Positions 27,497 to 36,253 of a stretch of 46,053 nt of DNA are shown piece after piece (position 1 is the stretch's first letter; every line of letters starts with the position of its first letter). The notes beneath the pieces were generated by a model, which was given only the letters and a program-made list of their open reading frames with translations, made no database searches and was not told the DNA's origin. The position numbers and the translations under genes were made by a program. The DNA comes from a plasmid: the sequence record NZ_CP037828.1; one strand, 5' to 3'.

Positions 27497-27792
27497 ATAT
27501 GGAAGTAGGAAAATTAATAATTTATGATAATAAAGGGAAAATTTTATTTCAAGGTGGAGAAGGAAAAGGAGATTTAATTCCATATGACAAAGACATGAAA
27601 GTTGATTGGGTAGAGATAAAATACAATTCTATAGATTATTCTAAATACAGGATTATTGGAATAAATGTAGAAACAAAAGAACCTGTTTTAGAAGAAATAA
27701 AAGTAGAATTAACAGAAGAAGAAAAGAGAATACAAGAATTAGAAAATCAAATATTGATTGCAGAAAACGAAAAAGTAGGAGGAATTTTATAA
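27469..27792 (+). CDS. Hypothetical protein, possibly a tail fibre assembly protein
   Basis: Assigned by position only. Confidence 0.3.
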   Translation: MVSNRSGGLNMEVGKLIIYDNKGKILFQGGEGKGDLIPYDKDMKVDWVEIKYNSIDYSKYRIIGINVETKEPVLEEIKVELTEEEKRIQELENQILIAENEKVGGIL

Positions 27793-27974
27793 TGAATATA
27801 AATAATGTTGTCGTAAGAATATTGGCAGAGAGAATTTTAAGTGGAGGTTTAAACCCTCTAAAAAATCGAGAATTTGAACTGGATGATGTAACTAATGCAG
27901 AGTACAGAAAAGCAGTAGAGGATTATATAATTAGAGAAAGTGGAGTAATAGAAGGAACAGAACTAACAGTATAG
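27792..27974 (+). CDS. Hypothetical small protein
   Basis: ORF only. Confidence 0.25.
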   Translation: MNINNVVVRILAERILSGGLNPLKNREFELDDVTNAEYRKAVEDYIIRESGVIEGTELTV

Positions 27975-28013
27975 GAATGTTCCTTTTTTATTTCAATTAA
28001 TTAGGAGGCTTAC

Positions 28014-28244
28014 ATGAATGAAGAACTTTTCGAAGCAGATTTAAAAAGACATGAAACAAGAATAAATAAGCATGGAGAAGAAATAGACGAATTAAAAATA
28101 GCAAATATAGAGTCTAAAGCAGAGTTGAAAGCATTGTGTGAGAATCTAAACTCACTTACAAGTATGCTCAAATGGCTAATTGGTACAATGATTACAACAT
28201 TAGTAGGATTCTTTATATTTGCAGTTCAAAGAGGAATATTTTAA
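28014..28244 (+). CDS. XhlA-like haemolysin/lysis-accessory protein
   Basis: Coiled-coil N-terminus with a single C-terminal TM helix; 76 aa; lies before the holin gene. Confidence 0.5.
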   Translation: MNEELFEADLKRHETRINKHGEEIDELKIANIESKAELKALCENLNSLTSMLKWLIGTMITTLVGFFIFAVQRGIF

Positions 28245-28259
28245 TTAGGAGGATAAAAG

Positions 28260-28517
28260 ATGGATAATTTAATAAGTTTTATACCAGAGCAGTTGCTAAT
28301 TTTAGTAGCTGCTCTTTATGTTATAGGAGCAGGTTGCAAGAAGTATAAACAACTAGATAATAAGTATATTCCAGTAGTATTACTAGCACTTGGAATAGGT
28401 TTCTCAATATGGATGTTAGGATTAAATCCTGTTGCAGTCTTACAAGGCGTGATTTGTTGGGGTATATCAATAGGTATAAATCAAACTTACAAACAACTAA
28501 AGGAGGAAAATAAATAA
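28260..28517 (+). CDS. Holin
   Basis: 85 aa, two to three TM helices, charged C-terminus, immediately upstream of the endolysin. Confidence 0.55.
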   Translation: MDNLISFIPEQLLILVAALYVIGAGCKKYKQLDNKYIPVVLLALGIGFSIWMLGLNPVAVLQGVICWGISIGINQTYKQLKEENK

Positions 28518-29320
28518 TGAAAATAGCAATAGTACCAGGGCATACATTAAGTGGAAAAGGAACAGGAACAACCGGGTATATAGATGAAGGAAAAGAAAAC
28601 AGAATACTAACTGATTTAATAGTAAAATGGTTGAAACAAGGTGGAACTACTGTGTATACTGGAAAAGTAGATAAATCTAATAACTATTTAGCAGAGCAAT
28701 GTCAAATAGCCAATAAACAAGATATAGACTTAGCAGTACAAATCCATTTCAACGCAAATAAAACAACACTAAACGCAATGGGTACAGAGACAATATACAA
28801 AACTAACAATGGTAAGGTATATGCTGAAAGAGTTAACAAAAAACTATCAACAATATTTAAAAATAGGGGTGCAAAATCGGATGCAAGAGGTCTTTACTGG
28901 CTTAAGCATACAAAAGCTCCAGCGATATTGATTGAGGTGTGCTTCGTAGATAGTAAAGCAGATACAGACTATTATATCAGACATAAAGACATAGTTGCTA
29001 AGTTAATAGCAGAGGGTATATTAAATAAAAATATAAATAACAAAGAGAATGGTGAGGGAAAAATCATGTACAAACATACAATCGTTTATGATGGAGAAGT
29101 TGACAAAATACCTGCAACTGTAGTTGGCTGGGGCTATAATGATGGGAAAATACTGATATGTGATATAAAAGATTATGTACCAGGTCAGACGCAAAATCTT
29201 TATGTCATTGGTGGTGCAGCATGTGAGAAGATTGGTTCTATGACTAAAGAAAAATTTACTATGATAAAGGGTAATGATAGATTTGATACACTTTACAAAG
29301 CATTAGATTTTATCAAATAA
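28517..29320 (+). CDS. N-acetylmuramoyl-L-alanine amidase endolysin (Amidase_3 family) with a C-terminal cell-wall-binding domain
   Basis: 'MKIAIVPGHT...GKGTG' and 'DLAVQIHFNA' Amidase_3 motifs. Confidence 0.8.
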   Translation: MKIAIVPGHTLSGKGTGTTGYIDEGKENRILTDLIVKWLKQGGTTVYTGKVDKSNNYLAEQCQIANKQDIDLAVQIHFNANKTTLNAMGTETIYKTNNGKVYAERVNKKLSTIFKNRGAKSDARGLYWLKHTKAPAILIEVCFVDSKADTDYYIRHKDIVAKLIAEGILNKNINNKENGEGKIMYKHTIVYDGEVDKIPATVVGWGYNDGKILICDIKDYVPGQTQNLYVIGGAACEKIGSMTKEKFTMIKGNDRFDTLYKALDFIK

Positions 29321-29378
29321 TAACTTGTTGTAATATCCAATCAATATAAAATTTATTCAACTTAGGAGGACTTGCAAC

Positions 29379-30148
29379 ATGCTTAACATAGAAAAATATA
29401 AACTATACAATGGAAACTGTTTAGAAATAATGGATCTAATAGAAGATAAATCAATAGATTTAATTCTATGTGATCTTCCTTATGGCACAACTAATTGTAA
29501 ATGGGACACAATAATACCTTTCAAATCAATCTGGAATCAATATAATAGAATTATAAAAGATAATGGAGCTATAGTACTATTTTCAGCACAACCATTTACT
29601 ACTAGTTTGATAAATTCAAATATTAAAAACTATAAATATAGTTGGTACTGGATTAAAAATAAATCTACAGGATTCGCATTTTCTAAATACCAGCCACTTC
29701 GAAAAGTAGAAGATATTAATGTATTCTATAAAAAGCTCCTTTATACAATCCTCAAAACTTAGAAAAATTAGATAAACCTATTACATGTAAAAAGAAAAAT
29801 AAAAATAAAGATGGAATATATAGACATCATACTTTATCAAAAGAATATGTTCAAGAATATACAAATTATCCTAATAATACATTGTATTTTAATAAAGAAA
29901 CAAATTGCATCCATCCAGCTCAAAAGCCAGTAGATCTTTTAGAATATCTTATAAAAACTTATACAAACGAAAATGAACTTGTTTTGGATAATTGTTTTGG
30001 TTCTGGCAGTGTAGGAATAGCTTGTGCAAATATAAATAGAAAGTTTGTTGGAATAGAATTAGATAGCGATTATTTTCTTCAAGGTAAAAATAGAATTGAA
30101 AGAGCATACAGAAACAATGCAATTGACAAAAACATAGTAAAATCCTAA
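29379..30148 (+). pseudogene. N6-adenine/N4-cytosine DNA methyltransferase (beta class), interrupted by a -1 frameshift at an A AAA AAG run (about 29730-29736)
   Basis: Motif IV 'DLPY' (DPPY-like) lies in the 5' ORF. Motif I 'FGSGS' and 'HPAQKP' lie in the 3' ORF. The 3' frame is open from 29732. Confidence 0.65.
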
Positions 30149-30156
30149 TATTAGAG

Positions 30157-30209
30157 AAAGCAAAGGATAATAGATAAAAAAACTATCCTCCTTTGCTTTC
30201 TTTATTTTT
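30157..30209 (+). terminator. Rho-independent terminator ending the late operon
   Basis: Stem AAAGCAAAGGA/TCCTTTGCTTT followed by a T-run. Confidence 0.65.
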
Positions 30210-30576
30210 CTATTTCTTTTAATAATCTTATACGTTGCAATTACGCATCTGTTAAATCTAAGATTAAATAAATAAAAAGACTAGAAAATTTTATTATCTT
30301 CTAATTCTTTTTATTTAACTTATCACAATAAAAATAAATCATTTTTTAATGACATTTATATGATATTTATCATATTTAGTTTTGAAACATTCTAGCGTTG
30401 CTTTTTTTCTGGAATAACTTACCTGTACTATCTTAAATAAAAAAATGCTACTATATTATAAACCAAATATAAAATAAATGATTTAGAGCCAGATTATTTA
30501 GATAGATATTTTATACGATTAATGTCCACTGTGCATAAATTTAAAAATCTAGATGAAGAAGATTAAATATCTCCCT

Positions 30577-31107
30577 TCATCTGCTCTTCACATATTTTAA
30601 TAGACTTTCAAGCAATAATTGACTTAGCAAATCATGTTTATCATAATGTTTATTCTCATCTGCAAATTTATTAAACATTTCCCACACTGTATTATTTACC
30701 CTAATTGTAGTTCTTTTTATAGACTGATCTGGAAGATCTATAGATATATCATTTTCTTTAATGCTATCTATATGACATTTATCATCTTTAGTTTTAAACC
30801 ATTCTATCACACTTTTTATATTATCAATTTCATTAGATAAATATTTGATATCATCATCAATCTTACTGTTAATGCTATCTATATGATATTTATCATCATA
30901 ACTTTTATTATCTTCTAAAAACCTGTTTCCAACTCTTTTATATCCTTTCTTATTAAGCCACTTCCTTATAGTACTTTCATTTGCCCCTAATTCATCTCCA
31001 ACTTTTTTAAGACTTTCAAATTCACTTAATTTATTATTAATACAATCAACAACTTCATTAATATTTTTTTCTTTCAAATCACTCCAAGTCATATAAAACC
31101 TCCTCAA
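30577..31107 (-). CDS. Partition adaptor / DNA-binding protein (N-terminal HTH, internal repeat, C-terminal RHH-like segment)
   Basis: HTH 'ESTIRKWLNKKGYKRVG'. Downstream of the ParM gene in the same operon. Internal DDKYHIDSI repeat. Confidence 0.45.
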   Translation of the reverse strand: MRRFYMTWSDLKEKNINEVVDCINNKLSEFESLKKVGDELGANESTIRKWLNKKGYKRVGNRFLEDNKSYDDKYHIDSINSKIDDDIKYLSNEIDNIKSVIEWFKTKDDKCHIDSIKENDISIDLPDQSIKRTTIRVNNTVWEMFNKFADENKHYDKHDLLSQLLLESLLKYVKSR

Positions 31108-31174
31108 AAAAATAATAGATTACAAATATCATATATTTGTAATCTATTATACATACTATAAACTAAATCCTTTT

Positions 31175-32080
31175 TTATTTCATCATTTTTTTGTATCCTT
31201 TTGCATTTGCAAAAACATGTTTATCTACATCACTCATGACTATTATGCCAGGTATATTCTTTTTAAATGCTTCACCTAACAATTTAGCACCTCCACCCAT
31301 AACGACAACAGCAGAAGTTGATATTGGGTAATTTAATTTCAATTCATTATATATTTGTTTAAATAATCCAACAGACGCATCTATATTTTTCTTTATATCT
31401 TGTTTTTCACCATTTAGGTAAAACCCTTTGTCTATGTAGTCTTGTATTTTTTCTCTTTTTATCTCAACTTTACCCAGAAATCTTTCATCCATTTCAAGAG
31501 ATTTTTTTATTGCATCATATATATTTATCGTTCCAACATTTACAGAATATGGATCAGTCGCTTTATTCCCTTGTACAAGCGCAATATCTGTTGTCTTTCC
31601 ACCAATATCAACTAAAACAACATCTCTTCCTGCAATTTGGTCAACTATGTCTTTTGCATAATATAAGTATCCTGTAACTCCCTCTGGAAACACTTGAACA
31701 GATCTTATTGTTATATCTCTTTTAGTAGTTTCATTTCCTTTTGCAAATTCAACATGATATTCTTTTCCTTGTAATTTTTCAATCAAATCTTTTCTTAATC
31801 CTCCAAATTGCTTCACTGGTAGACCTAATGCTAGATCAATAACTTCATCATCTGTATTTCTGCATATAGCCCCAAGTAAAAGTGGTAAGAAGTTTTCTTT
31901 CTCATATTTAACTATATTTATTTCCTCGTCACCTTCGCCTAAATAATATGTTTTATTACCTATTTTAATGCTATCTGAATCTGAACCAAAGTTTTTTACC
32001 TCTGTAACTTTACTTTCAAAAATATCATCTGTACTTGTTTTAACTGCATAATTTCCAATATCTATACCTAATTTACTCAT
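31175..32080 (-). CDS. parM: ParM/StbA-family actin-like plasmid segregation ATPase
   Basis: Phosphate-1 'LGIDIGNYAVK', phosphate-2 'LVDIGGKTTDIALV', and the 'VVMGGGA' motif. Confidence 0.7.
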   Translation of the reverse strand: MSKLGIDIGNYAVKTSTDDIFESKVTEVKNFGSDSDSIKIGNKTYYLGEGDEEINIVKYEKENFLPLLLGAICRNTDDEVIDLALGLPVKQFGGLRKDLIEKLQGKEYHVEFAKGNETTKRDITIRSVQVFPEGVTGYLYYAKDIVDQIAGRDVVLVDIGGKTTDIALVQGNKATDPYSVNVGTINIYDAIKKSLEMDERFLGKVEIKREKIQDYIDKGFYLNGEKQDIKKNIDASVGLFKQIYNELKLNYPISTSAVVVMGGGAKLLGEAFKKNIPGIIVMSDVDKHVFANAKGYKKMMK

Positions 32081-32098
32081 TTATGTTATTTCCTCCTT

Positions 32099-32302
32099 TT
32101 ATTCTAAACTTCCAAAATCAAAATTGTTAGCTGGATCTTCTATTTCTTTTTTCTGTTCAACTACAGCATTATCCTTTTTTTCATTCATTTTTTCCCAAAC
32201 GAGTTCTTTTAAATAAGCTGTAGCTGATAATTTCTCATCTAAAAACTTTTCAATTGCTTTTTCTTTATCATTGTTTTTAAATGTTAGAACTATCCTACTC
32301 AT
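32099..32302 (-). CDS. Small RHH-like protein, first gene of the partition operon
   Basis: 'MSRIVLTFKNNDKEKAIEKFLDEK' ribbon-helix-helix-like N-terminus with an acidic tail. Confidence 0.35.
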   Translation of the reverse strand: MSRIVLTFKNNDKEKAIEKFLDEKLSATAYLKELVWEKMNEKKDNAVVEQKKEIEDPANNFDFGSLE

Positions 32303-32506
32303 TCAACCACTTCCTTTTTTGTAAAATATTATAAAATTTATTAATATTTACATATATTTTACCAAATTTCACATAGTAATTCAATAGATTCATAAGATAT
32401 TTTTTATAATATTTTATAATTTTTTACGTAATTTTATAATTTTTTATAAAATTTATCATTTTGTATATAATTAAGAACACACTTTTTATAATTTTGCATA
32501 AAAAAA

Positions 32507-32545
32507 AGAGTGTTTCATATATTTCTAAACACTCTTTTCTACTTT
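32507..32545. terminator. Hairpin terminator/insulator upstream of the partition operon
   Basis: 10-bp perfect stem AAGAGTGTTT/AAACACTCTT followed by T-rich sequence. Confidence 0.5.
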
Positions 32546-32747
32546 TTATAATTATCTAATTGTAAAAGAAGCTTCAGCTGGACTAGAGAATAATATAATA
32601 CCTCCTGTACAAACACCTTTTCCTTTTATATTTTTACAAGATTATATAAAATTATTCTTTAATCAATTAAAGTGTTTTTCTATTTCTTAATAATAAGAAA
32701 TGATATAAAATTGTATCATTTTAAAGATTTTGTGATATAATAAAAGC

Positions 32748-32878
32748 AAGAAGAACTACAATCTATTTAGGCGTAGAGTGGAGTTCATAATAAACGTAGT
32801 TTATTTTTTGAATTTAAATATAAATTTAAATTCAACCTGTAAGTCACTCTTTGCACGAGAGTGGCTTTTTGCTTTTTT
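32748..32878 (+). ncRNA. Candidate type I antitoxin antisense RNA
   Basis: Extended -10 promoter TGATATAAT at 32733-32741. Plus-strand terminator (CACTCT/GAGAGTG plus T-run, 32843-32878) lies inside the 3' end of the toxin ORF. Confidence 0.35.
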
Positions 32879-32953
32879 GAATAGTTCACTGATTAAGTAA
32901 ACTACCACACTAGCTGTTAAACTAGCTAAAACATTAAACAAAAAGTTATCCAT
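32801..32953 (-). CDS. Candidate type I toxin, a 50-aa membrane peptide
   Basis: 'MDNFLFNVLASLTASVVVYLISELFKKAKSHSRAKS...' has a hydrophobic N-terminus and a Lys-rich tail. SD GGAGG can pair with CCUCCC in the 5'UTR. Strong TTAACT-17-TGgTATAAT promoter at 33048-33076. Confidence 0.5.
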   Translation of the reverse strand: MDNFLFNVLASLTASVVVYLISELFKKAKSHSRAKSDLQVEFKFIFKFKK

Positions 32954-33072
32954 GTAACTCACCTCCCCTCGAATCGTTGGGAGGATAATCTTTTGTACAT
33001 GAACTCCACTCTATAGATTGTATATTACGCTCTTCTTGCTAAATTTAATTATACCATATTTTGTAATATCAG

Positions 33073-33807
33073 TTAAGAGTTTGCACTACAATAATCAGAA
33101 AGCTTGTTCCACTCACAATCAACCCCTATTATTTTAAGAATATCATTGACTTGGCTATTTAAATCTTTAATATCTGATTTAGACATTAAAGGATCTTTCA
33201 TTATTTCATTTAGAAAAATACTATCAATGATTAAACATACATTTTCTGATAAATATTCACGTTTTACTGAGATTACTGTTCCAACTGTACTTTCTTTTAG
33301 TGTCTTATATGCTACACTCAATATGCATGGTTCTAAATTAATTCCTTCTAGTACTGTTTCAAAGTAATATTTTATTCTTATATTTTCATTTCCAATAAAT
33401 ATTTCTTCATTGCTGCTTATCTTCTTTAATTTTCTCATTATGCCTAACATCTTAGCATTCACTTCATAATTTATTCCATATCTCTTTGATGCCAAACTCG
33501 ACATTAAGTCTCTTTCTAAATAAATTACCCACTGACCATTATAGGAAAATGATGTTTTAGCGATATCCATTTCTCCTTTTCCAGTAATATTAAATTTAGG
33601 CTCTAGTTTATTTATTAAGTAAATCTCATAAAAATCCATAGTATATTTATTATCTAATTCCATATACTCAAGTCTTAAATTCTTATTACACCAATTTTCT
33701 TTTTTATTACTTAAATGACTAGCGTGTCTATCACAGATATTCTCTGTTTTCCCAACGTATAAACATTCTTCCGTATCTTGATTAATATATTTATAAACAT
33801 AATACAT
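33073..33807 (-). CDS. GIY-YIG domain protein, paralog A
   Basis: 'YVYKYI...ECLYVGKTENI..RH..H' and 'YLINKLEPKFN' GIY-YIG core residues. Confidence 0.6.
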   Translation of the reverse strand: MYYVYKYINQDTEECLYVGKTENICDRHASHLSNKKENWCNKNLRLEYMELDNKYTMDFYEIYLINKLEPKFNITGKGEMDIAKTSFSYNGQWVIYLERDLMSSLASKRYGINYEVNAKMLGIMRKLKKISSNEEIFIGNENIRIKYYFETVLEGINLEPCILSVAYKTLKESTVGTVISVKREYLSENVCLIIDSIFLNEIMKDPLMSKSDIKDLNSQVNDILKIIGVDCEWNKLSDYCSANS

Positions 33808-33826
33808 TTTTTATTTTCTCCAATTC

Positions 33827-34627
33827 TTAATTGTCATATTTACAGCCCTTATATATTTCAAATAATTCTTGCCATGTATATCCAACTTCTAGTATGTGAA
33901 AAATATCCTCTATTTGTTGGAAAATCTCAGTAATTTTATATTCAAATGTTGGCATTAATTCCATTAAATTGGCCAAAGATCCAATCCTAATCTCTAATGT
34001 TATATTTATAAGTATTTTTTTATTTGTTGCTGTATATTCTTTCCATCTGGGATAAACTGAAATCAAAGAACAACTTCCAAATCTTTCTAATGTTTCAAAA
34101 TCATATGATATCAAATTAATATCTAATTCATTCTCACAAAATTCTATATCCATATTTTCAAAGTTATATAGCACACTTAAAACATTATTTTCATATAACA
34201 TTTCAACCTTGGCATCTAACTTTTCAATTCTCTTTAAAAAATTAATAGATTTTTTACTTACTTCATATTTCATATCTATCTTTCTTTCTCTGAATCTTCT
34301 TTTTCCCTTTGTCTTTTCCTTAAAATCTTCTTCTGAATATGTACTCCAATCTTCTTCCTTGTAATCAAAAAAGATGTGTTCAGTATCCATATCACCTTTA
34401 CTTAGTTTATTAAATATTGGATTTAGTTCATTTATTAAATAAACTTCAAAAAAATCCATATTATATCTACGTGGAAGTTCAATATATTTTAATATTAATT
34501 CTTTAGTACACCAATCTTCTTCTTTATTACTCAAATGAGATGAATGCCTTGCATATATATCTTCTGTTTTTCCAACGTATAAACATTCTTCTGTAGCTGG
34601 ATCAATATATTTATAAACATAATACAT
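33827..34627 (-). CDS. GIY-YIG domain protein, paralog B
   Basis: Same N-terminal GIY-YIG domain. About 75 bp of near-identical DNA at the 5' ends of both genes. Confidence 0.6.
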   Translation of the reverse strand: MYYVYKYIDPATEECLYVGKTEDIYARHSSHLSNKEEDWCTKELILKYIELPRRYNMDFFEVYLINELNPIFNKLSKGDMDTEHIFFDYKEEDWSTYSEEDFKEKTKGKRRFRERKIDMKYEVSKKSINFLKRIEKLDAKVEMLYENNVLSVLYNFENMDIEFCENELDINLISYDFETLERFGSCSLISVYPRWKEYTATNKKILINITLEIRIGSLANLMELMPTFEYKITEIFQQIEDIFHILEVGYTWQELFEIYKGCKYDN

Positions 34628-34646
34628 TTTTTATTTTCTCCAATTT

Positions 34647-35834
34647 TTATTTATAGTAATATCCTTCTTCATTTACTAGACCTTGATCAAATAAATTTCT
34701 CCTAACAGTTTCAAGTCTGACAGGATCTTTGCTATAATCAACTTCTCTTTCTTCTTTTTTAACATCTTCATCATCCCAATATTTATCTAATTCTTCTTTA
34801 AACTTTAAATCATCTTTTTGATGAATTATAACTTCACTTATTTTATTTGAAAGTGTTGATTTAAAAAAATCATAATTCTTTGTATTTATAATATCAGTAT
34901 TATCTCTTTCAAATGCTATAGCAATAGACTTATTAAAAGCATTCAGATAAACATCTTTCTTAAAATCAAACTCTTTAAAATCTTCTTTAAATAGTTTAAT
35001 CGTCCCTGTTGTAAAAATATTTTCATTTGGTATATAAAAACTAAAAGACACTTCATTGTCCTGCTTCTTTTTAGGTATATAATCTTCAACCAATATATCT
35101 TTATCAAAATATTTTCTAGGTTCATAATCTATCACAGAAAAAATTATTTCATCTATTTTTCTATTTTTTCTTTTTTCTTCTTTTATTGAAACAACCATGT
35201 TGCCTTTTTTATTTATTTCATTCATTGCTCTTTTTAGAACATTTTGTTTAAAATATTTATACTCTGGATATACATTATCTTTTAATTTCAAATAAAATCT
35301 TAATTCATCTAACTTATATTTTATCTCCACTTCCTTATTTTCTCTGCTCCATAGTCTAAATAAAGTGTATAACCTCTGAGTATATGCACCTCTAAAATTA
35401 AATAACACTGATAAATTAATAGCTGTATATCCATTTTTCTTTTTCTGCATTTTTACAAAATCAGTTATATGATTGTATAGAACTTCATGCATCATAATTG
35501 TATAAATTTGGTCTGTATGATCCAATTCATATGTATTAATTAAACCACTTCCAAAAGTTTTTAACTTGCCAGTTGTCTCTTCTATATAGTCAAATTCCAA
35601 AACACTTTGTTGAAACATGTTCAAAATTTCTTTTATATTTTTATGCTCATAATCATTATTGTTTTTCATAAATACTTTTAGTTCTTCTTTTGATATAGTT
35701 GTAACATAAGATGAATTTTGCTGTTTCTGAGCATTAAAAAGTATTTTGTAAAATAATTTATTTTCCACATTTGTAAAATCATATTTACTTTTTATTAAAT
35801 TATTTGGTTGCATTAAAATTTCTTTTTTTTCCAA
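34647..35834 (-). CDS. Rep_3-family plasmid/theta replication initiator
   Basis: N-terminal 'QPNNLIKSKYDFTNVENKLFYKILFNAQ' typical of the Rep_3 family. Iterons lie directly upstream. Confidence 0.65.
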   Translation of the reverse strand: MEKKEILMQPNNLIKSKYDFTNVENKLFYKILFNAQKQQNSSYVTTISKEELKVFMKNNNDYEHKNIKEILNMFQQSVLEFDYIEETTGKLKTFGSGLINTYELDHTDQIYTIMMHEVLYNHITDFVKMQKKKNGYTAINLSVLFNFRGAYTQRLYTLFRLWSRENKEVEIKYKLDELRFYLKLKDNVYPEYKYFKQNVLKRAMNEINKKGNMVVSIKEEKRKNRKIDEIIFSVIDYEPRKYFDKDILVEDYIPKKKQDNEVSFSFYIPNENIFTTGTIKLFKEDFKEFDFKKDVYLNAFNKSIAIAFERDNTDIINTKNYDFFKSTLSNKISEVIIHQKDDLKFKEELDKYWDDEDVKKEEREVDYSKDPVRLETVRRNLFDQGLVNEEGYYYK

Positions 35835-35897
35835 AATCTATCACCTCATATAAATTATAATACCTAATTTATAAAAAGGTCAACTATTTTTGAAAGA

Positions 35898-36041
35898 CGC
35901 TCACCTTTGACCCTTAAAATGATGACCTTTGACCCTTAAAATGATGACCTTTGACCCTTAAAATGATGACCTTTCGACCCTTAAAATGATGACCTTTGAC
36001 CCTTAAAATGATGACCTTTGACCCTTAAAATGATGACCTTT
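35898..36041. repeat. Iteron array: six perfect 22-bp direct repeats GACCCTTAAAATGATGACCTTT plus a partial seventh copy (candidate replication origin)
   Basis: Read directly. Copies at 35909, 35931, 35953, 35976, 35998 and 36020. Confidence 0.9.
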
Positions 36042-36253
36042 CATCTCTGAAACCTAGATATACCAATTATTATAGCTTGTCTAAAAACTATTAAAGACTT
36101 TAAAAACTGTTTTAAAAACTATTAAAGACTAGAAAAGATGTTCTGAACTATTCTTTTTTTATATTAAAAAACTTTAGTATTTATTTTTCTAGTATACTTT
36201 AAACACTTACTAAAAATAATTTCTTATAAAAGATTGGAGATGAAGAATTTTTT

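Noticed and set aside
30210-30576. AT-rich non-coding stretch after the late terminator as a possible attachment site or genome end
   Set aside because: No direct repeats matching elsewhere in the window, and no integrase. Only the partial gene-derived repeat at 30354-30400 was found.
35898-36041. Regular 22-bp direct repeats that could be mistaken for a CRISPR array
   Set aside because: The repeats are contiguous with no spacers and sit beside a Rep_3 initiator, so they are iterons and not a CRISPR array.
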